Below, piece after piece: positions 1 to 9,125 of a DNA stretch of 64,000 nucleotides (position 1 is its first letter; the number at the start of each line of letters is the position of its first letter). Under the pieces are notes generated by a model. The model searched no databases and was not told the DNA's origin. It saw only the letters and a program-made list of their open reading frames with translations. The position numbers and the translations under genes are program-made. The DNA comes from an uncultured Chthonomonadaceae bacterium (GTDB taxonomy: Bacteria > Armatimonadota > Chthonomonadetes > Chthonomonadales > Chthonomonadaceae), in contig CAWFQB010000011.1 in NCBI GenBank assembly GCA_963817895.1, positions 128,001-192,000 of the forward strand, read 5' to 3'.

Positions 1-22
1 GAAAGGTGAAGGTGACACAACT

Positions 23-1192
23 GTGACTGGAAAACGCTTCCCGTTCCTATGGTCAAGCGCAACCCTTCTCGTCGTCCTGGGCGCCAATGGCGTTCGCGCC
101 GACGAAAAGGCGGACGCGCTGCTCAAAGAAGCGGAACAGACGACAAAAACGACAAAAACACTGACCGCCAACATGAGCCTGTCGGAGCGCGTCAAAAACT
201 CGGACGGCAAAGAGCAGATTACCAAAATGGCAGCGGCCATCAAACTCAGGAAGCCGAACCTGGCGCGTATTGACTTTACGGAGGGAGGGTTTGCCAAAAC
301 CATCGCTTCGGATGGCAAAAACCTGTATACGCTGATGCCGAACAATCAGTATCAGAAAGAGGACGTGGATACACAGGGGAGAGCCATTGACACGATGGGG
401 GCCGCGCCTGTAACGATGTTTTTCGGCGGTCAGGCGACCCGAATTTTCGGCAGCGGCAGCAAGCCTGAAACGCTTTACATGGGCAAGCAGAGCATAGAAG
501 GCGTAGTGTATGAAGTGGTTCAGCTTAAAGGCAAAGGGCAAGTCGTCTACACGATGAACCTGTATATCGCGCCGAGCAAACTGGTAACGCGCATGGACGC
601 GGAAATTGTAGCGGGCAGCCAGACTGTAAAAATGGATGCCATACTGAAGAACGTGAACGTGAGTATGCCTTTGCCCGAAACCGCGTTTGCTTATGCGCCA
701 CCCAAAGGCGCAACGCTGTACGCGCCGCCGAGTTTGGACGACTACAACAAGAAACTGCTTCCCGTTGGCAGCGCGGCTCCACAGTTCGCGCTTTCTGCGC
801 CAACCGGAGGCAAAATTGCCCTCGAGGATGCGCTGAAAGGCAAGAAAGCGGTTCTGGTCAACTTCTGGTTCTACAATTGAGGCGCTTGCCGTGAGGAGTT
901 TCCTCACCTGCAAAAGCTGTACACCGAACTGAAAGACAAAGGGCTGGAACTGGTTGCGCTCAACGGCTCGGATAGCGCGGACATAATCAACAAGTACGTG
1001 AAGGAGAACAACTTTACGTTCCTGATCGGCATGAAGGGCAAAGGCGACAACTACGACGCGGCTTTGCAGTACCGCGTACAAGCCTATCCCACCAACTACA
1101 TACTGGACAGCAGCGGCAAAGTAATTTTCCGCTCTGTCGGTTTTGATGAAGCGGGTATCCGCAAAGCGCTGGAAAAGCTCGACATCAAGTAG
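23..1192 (+). CDS. Exported LolA/DUF2092-like + TlpA/redoxin fusion, probable selenoprotein (UGA at 878-880 read as Sec)
   Basis: Signal-peptide-like N-terminus and LolA-like domain (LRKPNLARID...SDGKNLY...FAYAPPKGA), then thioredoxin fold VLVNFWFYN*GACREEFPHL. ORFs 23-880 and 998-1192 share one frame with a single TGA between them, at the first Cys position of CxxC. Confidence 0.85.
881..917 (+). promoter_or_regulatory. Bacterial SECIS-like hairpin
   Basis: Perfect stem GTGAGGA-GTT-TCCTCAC (891-907) extended by TTGC/GCAA pairing; G-containing apical loop about 17 nt after the UGA. Confidence 0.7.
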
Positions 1193-1335
1193 GCGGCGAA
1201 ACTGTTCCGTAACTATCGGGTGAAGCGTCCACCGCGAGATTGGCAAGGCGCTTCACCCAAAAACAAAGGCGGCTATTACGCCGCCTTTGCGCTCGTCAGC
1301 ATTGCGCAATGGGGACGAAGTTGGGAGGAAAAGCG

Positions 1336-1662
1336 ATGCTGTTTTTAGTGAGTTGTGTGTACAATTGGGGTGTTACGGAGAAAAATTTTCGGGTTGTGGA
1401 GGCGGAGTCGCGGTTTGCGGTTGTGCAGGCTATCGTGGACCAGCCGGACATCTGGACTACGTTTCTGCGCGACTCGAACCTGTACGACCCGATAGTGCGC
1501 GGCAATATGCCGTACTATGCCGACCCGAAGCCCATTACGGCGGAAGAGGCGCTGCCGCTGATTGACCGTTCCAGCGTGGATGGCGACAGCCGCGCCCAGT
1601 TGTCCATTCTTCCGATTACCGACATTCTAAACCTCCCCTTGCCTCCCAATCCTTACTATTAA
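1336..1662 (+). CDS. Hypothetical protein
   Basis: GGAGG RBS before ATG 1336; protein-like composition. Confidence 0.6.
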   Translation: MLFLVSCVYNWGVTEKNFRVVEAESRFAVVQAIVDQPDIWTTFLRDSNLYDPIVRGNMPYYADPKPITAEEALPLIDRSSVDGDSRAQLSILPITDILNLPLPPNPYY

Positions 1663-1824
1663 CCCGTAGACTTGTGTTCAATTCCAATTATCCCGCCGCT
1701 TCTCGCCGCTACTACCAAATTTTACGCCTCTCGTTCTATACACCCGCTCGCATAATTACCCGATACTAACCCTGAAAATATTCTTTTTTGATGAGCGAAT
1801 GAGACAAGGACGAGGAAAAGAGGC

Positions 1825-2961
1825 ATGACACACGAACGAACCCGATGCGCCTTTGTGGAGGGGCGCTGCTTACGTTGCGAAAGCCTGCCGGACGGACGCT
1901 GCAAAGGCGGCGAACCCGGTCTGGTACTGGGAGCGCAGGACGCGGATGCGGACGCCACTCTCCGCGCCGTTTTGAACGAGGCGTCGGTTGCTTATAACGC
2001 GGTTGGCCCGGTACTCACGCTGCCGGGCGGACGGACGGAACGAACTCTGTTGAGCAGCCTGCTGAAAGAGCGGCTTTCCCCGTATACGCAGGCTTGCATC
2101 CGCGCCGCATACGCAGCCGGGGGAGCCGACACGCCGGAACAGGTGATCGCCGCCCTCCTCTTCGCCGAGCCGCTGACAAGCCTGCTGCAAAACATGGAAC
2201 ACGAGTGGGTACGGGAAGCGCTCAATGAGGACTGGCTGTTCAGCGTGTTTCACCCGATTGTGGATGCGGCAACCGGGGAATGTTTCGCGCAGGAAGCGCT
2301 GATTCGCGCCCGTGACCCGCACACGGGGCAAACCATCGGCGCGGGGCCGATCATTCAGGCGTGTGAAAAACTCAATCTGGAACACCAACTGGATCAGCGC
2401 GCCCGCAAATCGGCCATTCGAGGCGCGGCGGAACTGAATCTGCAAACCAAAGTTTTTATCAACTTCCTGCCCAACACGATTTATGACCCGGAAATCTGCC
2501 TGCGCACCACCATGGAAGCGGCGGAAACCCATAACATTCCATTGGAAAGATTGGTCTTTGAAGTGGTGGAAACGGAACACATTCCCGACATGCCGCGCCT
2601 GCGCCATATTCTGGAATACTACCGCGAACGGGGCGTGGGAACCGCCGTAGACGATATGGGCGCGGGCTTTACCTCACTGGAATATCTCACGGCTCTGCGC
2701 CCCGACTACGTGAAACTGGATCGCGATGTTGTCGTGGAGGCCGAACACAGGCTCAAAAAGCGCGACCAGATGCGCCAGATCGTCCATACGGCAAAGGACC
2801 TCGGCATCCGCGTGATTGCCGAAGGGATCGAAACGCCCGGGCAAATGCAATTGTGCGTCCAACTCGGCGTGGATTATTTGCAGGGCTACCTTTTCGCCCG
2901 CCCCGCCTGCCCGCCGCAGACGGTGAATTTTCCGGTTGCGCAGTTACAACGAGCGGCATAA
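1825..2961 (+). CDS. EAL-domain c-di-GMP phosphodiesterase with Cys-rich N-terminus
   Basis: Motifs FHPIVD, QEALIR, FINF, FEVVETE, AVDDMGAGFTSL, VKLDR, IAEGIET, LQGYLF. Confidence 0.92.
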   Translation: MTHERTRCAFVEGRCLRCESLPDGRCKGGEPGLVLGAQDADADATLRAVLNEASVAYNAVGPVLTLPGGRTERTLLSSLLKERLSPYTQACIRAAYAAGGADTPEQVIAALLFAEPLTSLLQNMEHEWVREALNEDWLFSVFHPIVDAATGECFAQEALIRARDPHTGQTIGAGPIIQACEKLNLEHQLDQRARKSAIRGAAELNLQTKVFINFLPNTIYDPEICLRTTMEAAETHNIPLERLVFEVVETEHIPDMPRLRHILEYYRERGVGTAVDDMGAGFTSLEYLTALRPDYVKLDRDVVVEAEHRLKKRDQMRQIVHTAKDLGIRVIAEGIETPGQMQLCVQLGVDYLQGYLFARPACPPQTVNFPVAQLQRAA

Positions 2962-3057
2962 GTAGGTTTTTAGGGTTTTAGGGTTGTAGGGTTGTAGGTA
3001 GTGGATGCCTGAATGCCCTTAGAACCCTAAAACCCTAAAAACCTAAAAACCTACTTA
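2959..3057. repeat. Inverted pair of 8-mer tandem arrays (TTTTAGGG-like), probable bidirectional terminator
   Basis: (TAGGGTTT/TAGGGTTG)n ... (AAACCCTA)n between convergent genes; both stop codons lie inside the arms. Confidence 0.85.
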
Positions 3058-3326
3058 TGCCCCGTGCGCGGCAGGCGTTTTTCTACGGAAGCGCCGCCGG
3101 AACGCGAATTGGGATTGGCGCGATTGTTGAAGTGGCCCGGAGTGGAATTACCGCTCGTTGGGCCGATTTTTTTGCCTTTGGCCTGCGCCCGCCGCTGTTC
3201 ACGGTTCAGGGCCGGGGCGGGCGCGGCGGTTTGGGTATCGGAAGTCTCTTCGGTTTGGGTTGGTTGTTGCGGTTGTTCTGCTGAGTCGGATGTTGTTTGC
3301 GCGGACTGCGCATCTTCGGCTGCCAT
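3051..3326 (-). CDS. Small disordered hypothetical protein
   Basis: GGGGGAA RBS before ATG; acidic/Thr-rich N-terminus, basic C-terminus. Confidence 0.6.
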   Translation of the reverse strand: MAAEDAQSAQTTSDSAEQPQQPTQTEETSDTQTAAPAPALNREQRRAQAKGKKIGPTSGNSTPGHFNNRANPNSRSGGASVEKRLPRTGHK

Positions 3327-3500
3327 AAAAGTTCCCCCTTGCGCGCGAGGAGTGTTGCGCGGCTACTTGCATTATAGCGCAAAAATCGCCATTTGCTAAA
3401 CCAGTTGACACATCGCGCAAATCCTGACATACTTGACCATTACGAATATGCCGGATGATGAGTTGCCGCGCCAATTCAGGATACAGAAGGGTGGTTTGAT

Positions 3501-5615
3501 ATGACCGCAGAAGCGAAAACGCAATTGGAAGCAGGCCCTGCAACAGCGAAGCGTCCACGACCGGCGCGGCAGGAGAATGTTGTCGAAACGCTGCATGGCG
3601 TAGAAATTACCGACCCTTATCGCTGGCTGGAAGATCAGGACAGCCCGGAAACGCGCGACTGGATTGGGGAGCAGGACGCTTATACCCGGACACTACTGGC
3701 CCAAACGCCGGGACGCGCCGAAATCGAGCAACGCCTGAATCGAACTGGCGCGTATCGACTCTGGTCGGTATTCCGACCGCGCGGCATAACGCCTACTTTT
3801 TCTCGCGCCGTAACGCCAATCAGGAACTGCCCGTGCTATATCGCCGCGTCGGATTGACGGGCGCGGACGAGGTTCTGCATTGACCCGCACACCCTGAGCG
3901 CCGACCACTCCACCACCATTTCCATGCAGGACATTTCTGAAGACGGTTCGCTGATTGTTTACGGCATCCGGCAGGGCGGCGAAGATGAAGTGGAAATTCG
4001 GTTCATGGACGTGGACAGCAAAACGGATCGCGCCGACGTTCTGCCCCGCGCCCGTTTTATGAGTACCGCCCTGACACAAGACAAGCAAACCCTCTACTAT
4101 TCGCTGGAAACCGACGATGGCCCTCGCGCTTACCGGCATACATTGGGTGCGGACATGGCTGCCGATGTGGAGATTTTCGGCGCGGGATACGACAAGGGTA
4201 AGTATCTGACGCTGCACGTTTCCGAGGATGGCCGCTATCTGCTGTTCAATGTCTTTTACGGTTCCGCCGCCACGAAAACCGATCTGTTTATTCAGCGTTT
4301 GAATACAACTGTCTGAAGCGAATGTAGCCCCGATTGTGCCGCTTATTACCACGATTGAGGCCCGCTTTTACGGCGACATTGGCGGCGACACGCTGTACCT
4401 GCAAACCAACTGGAACGCGCCCAACGAGCGCCTGCTTTCCCTTGACCTGACGCATCTGGATTTGACGCAGGCGACGGACGCGCCCGTTGCCCCGGAATTG
4501 CTGAAGGAACTTGTCCCCACTTCCCCGACCGCCGTGCTGGAAGGGTTTTCGCTTGCGGGCGGGCAGATCATTCTCAACTATCTGCAGGACGTCACGTCCC
4601 GCGTCCAGATTTTCGACCCGGCGGGAAGCCGGTTCGCGACATTGAGCTGCCCACGCTCGGTACGGCGGGCGGCCTGTACGGGCGGTGGGACAGCCCGGAA
4701 GCCTTTTACATGTTTACGTCGTTCGCGTTTCCCGCTGTGGTCACCCGCTACGATATGAACACGGGCAAGTCGAGCGAGTGGGCGCGTATGAACGTCCCCA
4801 TCAATCCCGATGCGTTTGAAGTGAAGCAGGTGTTTTATGCGTCCAAAGACGGCACGCGCATCCCGATGTTTCTGCTGCACAAAAAAGGGCTGGAATTGGA
4901 CGGGGCGCGGCCAACCCTGCTGTACGGCTATGGCGGCTTCACGGCCAGCATGACGCCCTACTTCTCTTCGCTCGCGACGGTATGGGCGGAACAGGGCGGC
5001 GTGTATGCGGTCGCCAATCTGCGCGGCGGCGGCGAGTATGGCGAGGACTGGCACAGGGCGGGCATGCTCGCCAACAAGCAGAACACCTTCGACGATTTCA
5101 TCGCGGCGGGGGAATGGCTGATTACTCAAAACATTACCAACCCGGACAAACTCGCCATTATGGGCGGCAGCAATGGCGGCCTGCTTGTCGGCGCGGCCTT
5201 AACGCAGCGGCCCGAACTGTTCCGGGCGGTAATTTGCGCGGTTCCCCTGCTCGACATGGTGCGCTATCATCAATTTCTCGTAGCCCGCTACTGGGTGCCG
5301 GAATACGGCTCTTCGGAAGACCCGGAACAGTTCAAAACCCTGTATGCGTATTCGCCGTATCATCGGGTAACGCCGGGCGCAAAGTATCCTGCCACGATGT
5401 TCGTAACCGGGGATGCGGATACCCGCGTCGCGCCGCTTCACGCCCGCAAAATGGCCGCGCTCTTGCAGGCGCAAACGGGTTCGGATTATCCCATTCTGCT
5501 GCACTACGATACTAAATCCGGCCACATGGGAACCCGCCCAATGGGCAAAGTGATCGAAGACCTGCTGGACCAACTCTGCTTTCTCTTCGGTCAACTCGGC
5601 GTGACTGCCGCGTGA
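3501..5615 (+). CDS. Prolyl oligopeptidase (S9A), frameshifted (likely sequencing errors)
   Basis: DPYRWLED, YGYGGF, NLRGGGEYG, GGSNGG nucleophile, DTRV and SGH motifs spread over four consecutive ORFs. Confidence 0.92.
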
Positions 5616-5656
5616 AACACGGAGGAGTTTAGCCGCGAATACACGCGAATAGGATT

Positions 5657-5788
5657 ATGACTAAACCAACAACCAAAAACATACAAATTACCACGCTGCC
5701 CAATGGCGTTCGCGTAGTTTCCGAAACCGTCACTTATGTGCAGTCCGCGTCTGTCGGGCTGCTTGTCGGGATTGGTTCGCGAGATGAA
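5657..5788 (+). repeat. Diverged duplicate of the 5' end of the downstream M16 peptidase gene (other copy 6555-6687)
   Basis: About 132 bp near-identical direct repeat encoding MTKPTT.NIQITTLPNGVRVVSETVTYVQSASVGL.VGIGSRDE. Confidence 0.95.
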
Positions 5789-5803
5789 AGCAACGAGGAA
5801 CAC

Positions 5804-6430
5804 ATGGTCGCGCAGAGACAATACAAGTATATTTCGCCGGAGCAGTATTTGGCGGCGGAAGATAAGGCGGAAGCCAAAAGCGAGTATTACGACGGCGTAA
5901 TTGTCGCAATGTCGGGAGCCACGCCTGAACATAACAAAATTACGTTTGATCTAACCGTGACACTTGGGTCACAGTTGCAACGTGGGAATTGTCAGGGATT
6001 TGCCAGTGACTTGCGTGTGCGTGTGCCGGTCTGCAACAACTACTTTTATCCTGATGTTTCCGTTGCCTGTGAAGAACCGCGCTACGAAATCATTCAGGGT
6101 TTACGCGCCCTGCTCAATCCCGCGCTGATTGTAGAAGTGCTTTCCAACAGCACAGAGCAGGCGGACAGGGGCAATAAGTTTCGCTGCTACCAGACGCTGG
6201 AGTCGCTGCAAGCGTATGTTCTGGTGTCGCAATACAGGCCACGCATTGAAGTATTCACTCGTCAGGAAGACGGTTCGTGGCAATACCGGGCCTTTGAAGG
6301 GATGGACGCGGTTGCGCCGTTGCCCACAATCGGCTGTGAACTCCGGCTTGCTGACGTGTATTCTCGCATGATATTCCCGCCTGAATTGGAGGAAGACGCC
6401 ACAGCCGCGTCAGCGGAGGAAACCGAATAA
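5804..6430 (+). CDS. Uma2-family (DUF820) PD-(D/E)XK endonuclease-like protein; in frame with the peptidase fragment from 5657
   Basis: ISPEQYL..E....KSEYYDG...AMSG....H, FYPDV, LIVEVLS.ST...DRG.K...Y; own RBS GAGGA before ATG 5804. Confidence 0.9.
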   Translation: MVAQRQYKYISPEQYLAAEDKAEAKSEYYDGVIVAMSGATPEHNKITFDLTVTLGSQLQRGNCQGFASDLRVRVPVCNNYFYPDVSVACEEPRYEIIQGLRALLNPALIVEVLSNSTEQADRGNKFRCYQTLESLQAYVLVSQYRPRIEVFTRQEDGSWQYRAFEGMDAVAPLPTIGCELRLADVYSRMIFPPELEEDATAASAEETE

Positions 6431-6554
6431 TCGCAGATGAAACTTCTCGTCAGCAATGAGCGAAAAATTGTATACCGCAAGTCTATGGCATTGCGCGTAT
6501 GCAGTGGCGCGATGGCGTTGCTTTTCGTGGCTGGACCTGTGGTATTATATTGCT

Positions 6555-7825
6555 ATGACTAAGCCAACAACCGAAAACATACAAATTACCACGCTGCCCA
6601 ATGGCGTTCGCGTGGTTTCCGAAACCGTCACTTATGTGCAGTCCGCGTCTGTCGGGCTGTGGGTCGGGAATCGGGTCGCGAGATGAAGACGATCCCCGAC
6701 GCGGCATCTCGCACTTCATCGAACACATGCTGTTCAAGGGAACCGGTAAGCGCGCGGCGCGGGAAATCGCCGATGAGATCGAGTTCGCGGGGCGGGCATC
6801 TCAACGCCTTTACGGGCAAGGAAACAACGTGCTACGAAACCCGCGTTCTGGCGGAAGATACCGCCCTTGCTCTTGACATTCTGACGGATATGTTCCGCAA
6901 TTCGCTGTTCGATAAGGACGAGATGGAGCGGGAAAAGCGGGTCGTGCTGGAAGAGATCAAGATGTACGAGGACTCGCCCGAAGAGATGGTGCATGACATC
7001 TTCGAGCAGACGCTGTTTGGCAAGCATCCGCTCGGACAGCCCATTATCGGCAGCGACAAAACCGTGTCCGGCCTGTCCCGCGAAGACATTATGGATTATA
7101 TCGCCACGCAGTACCGCCCTGACCGCATTGTGGTGGCGGGCGCGGGCAATCTGGAACACGAGGAACTGGTTCGCATTTCGCAGGAAGCGCTGGGTGATTT
7201 GAGCGGGCTGGCCCCCGAACGCGACGGCAAAAGCCCCAAAGCGTCCGGCAAAAGCAAGCAGGTGAAAAAGCGCGACGTGGAGCAGGTTCATTTCGTGATG
7301 GGTACGGACGGCTACAGCAAGTCCGACAAAAAGCGGTATTCGCTGTCCATTCTCAATAATGTTCTGGGCGGCAACATGAGTTCGCGCCTGTTTCAGGAGG
7401 TTCGCGAAAAGCGCGGGCTGGCGTATGCCATCGGCACGTATGGGCGCTCGTATCTCGACGGCGGCTACTTCTGCGCATACGGCGGAACCAGTCCCGACAC
7501 TTATGAGCAGGTTCTTGACCTGACGCGCCGCGAATTCGCCAATGTCCGCAAAAACGGCCTGACGGATGATGAACTGACCAAAGCCAAAACGCAGGTGCGG
7601 GGCGCGGTTGTTCTGGGGCTGGAAAGCATGAACGCCCGCATGAACCGCTACGGCGATTCCCTCCTCTCCTATGGCCGCGTGATTCCCATTGCGGAAGTGC
7701 TGGCCGAATACGAGGCCGTCACTCATGAAAGTATCGCGGAAGTCGCCGACCACGTTCTGGACGAGGAGAAACTGACGCTGACGGCGATTGGAGCCTTCCC
7801 GCGCGCTAAAAAAGAAACCAATTAA
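6555..7825 (+). CDS. M16 family (pitrilysin/insulinase) zinc peptidase, frameshifted
   Basis: TLPNGVRVV, GISHFIEHMLFKGT (HxxEH), LNAFTGKE, LGGNMSSRLFQEVREKRGLAY. Confidence 0.93.
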
Positions 7826-8027
7826 ACCACGGGGAACACGGGGGACACGGGGAGGAGAGGGGGAAGAACAAAGAGTAGTATTTACCACGAAGGACACAGA
7901 TAACGCGGATAAACACGGATACTGAAAAAGATTTGAATTTAATCCGTGTTCATCTGTTTCATCCGTTTGATCCGTGGAAAATTCTTCCCCCTCTCCTCCC
8001 CGTGTCCCCCGTGTTCCCCGTGGTTTA
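7823..8027. repeat. Nested inverted-repeat element: perfect 46-bp outer arms plus inner ACACGGAT-type arms
   Basis: 7823-7868 is the exact reverse complement of 7982-8027; inner imperfect arms about 7884-7920 and 7941-7977. Confidence 0.92.
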
Positions 8028-8044
8028 GTTTTTGAGGTGTATCT

Positions 8045-8659
8045 GTGATGGCTGACGACGGCGGGCGCGTGGTGTTTACGGTAGGACACTCCAATCACGC
8101 GCTGGAAACTTTTTTGGAGTTACTGCGCCGACATCGGATAGACGTGCTGGTGGATACTCGTTCGCGCCCCTCTTCGCGCTATGTGCCGCATTTCAATCAC
8201 GACGCGCTTCGGCCTGCCATAGAGCAGTCGGGGGCGCGATTCGTGTTTTTGGGGCAGGAATTAGGCGGCAGGCCGGACGGAGCCGAATTTTACGATGCCG
8301 AGGGGCATGTTCGGTATGACCGGGTGGCCCAAACGCCGGAGTTTCTGAACGGCGTGGCGAAAGTGGAGCGGGGCGCGGAACAGCATCGTATCGCGCTTTT
8401 ATGCAGCGAAGAGAACCCGGCTATTTGTCACCGGCGACTGCTGATCGGGCGCGTGTTGGGTGAGCGCGGAACGCGGGTTGCGCATATCCGGGGCGATGGC
8501 AGGCTGCAAACCGAGGCGGAACTGATGGCGGAAGAGGCAGCGGGCGAGGATGATGGCGGGCAGCAGTCGTTGTTCGGGGATGAGGAGGAATTGACGGCGT
8601 GGAGGTCTATACAATCGGTTTCACGCAAAAAACAGCCCGGCAGTTCTTCGAGGCGCTGA
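8045..8659 (+). CDS. DUF488 family protein
   Basis: FTVGHSN, LVDTRSRPSSR..PHFN, LGQELGGRP, LLCSEENPAICHR. Confidence 0.9.
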   Translation: MMADDGGRVVFTVGHSNHALETFLELLRRHRIDVLVDTRSRPSSRYVPHFNHDALRPAIEQSGARFVFLGQELGGRPDGAEFYDAEGHVRYDRVAQTPEFLNGVAKVERGAEQHRIALLCSEENPAICHRRLLIGRVLGERGTRVAHIRGDGRLQTEAELMAEEAAGEDDGGQQSLFGDEEELTAWRSIQSVSRKKQPGSSSRR

Positions 8660-9036
8660 ATCAGGCGGGCGTGAAGCGTTTGCTGGATGTGCGGCTCAAC
8701 AACGTTTCGCAGCTTGCGGGGTTTGCCAAGCGCGACGATCTGGCGTATTTCCTGCAATCCATTTGCGGTATCGAATACCGGCACGAAACCCTGTTGGCCC
8801 CCACGCAGGAGATGCTCGACGCATACAAAAAACACAAAGGCGATTGGGGCGAGTACGAAATCCGCTTTCTGAATCTGATGCGCGAACGACAGATTGAAAC
8901 CGCCTTGGACCGCGAACTCTTCGCCGTTCCAACGGTATTGCTGTGCAGCGAACTCACCCCGGAGCATTGTCACCGACGGCTGGTTGTCGAATATCTACAG
9001 GAAAAATGGGGCGGCATACAGGTTGTAGATTTGTAA
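8599..9036 (+). CDS. DUF488 family protein (second subtype)
   Basis: YTIGFTQK.A..FF, LLDVRLNNVSQLAGFAK, LLCSELTPEHCHRRLV. Confidence 0.9.
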   Translation: MEVYTIGFTQKTARQFFEALNQAGVKRLLDVRLNNVSQLAGFAKRDDLAYFLQSICGIEYRHETLLAPTQEMLDAYKKHKGDWGEYEIRFLNLMRERQIETALDRELFAVPTVLLCSELTPEHCHRRLVVEYLQEKWGGIQVVDL

Positions 9037-9125
9037 ATCTGTGTTGGATATGCAGGATTTTTCCGCCGGATCATCGGTTGAATGTTCGCGTTCATTCGCG
9101 TTTATTCGCGGCTAAGTTCTTCTGA

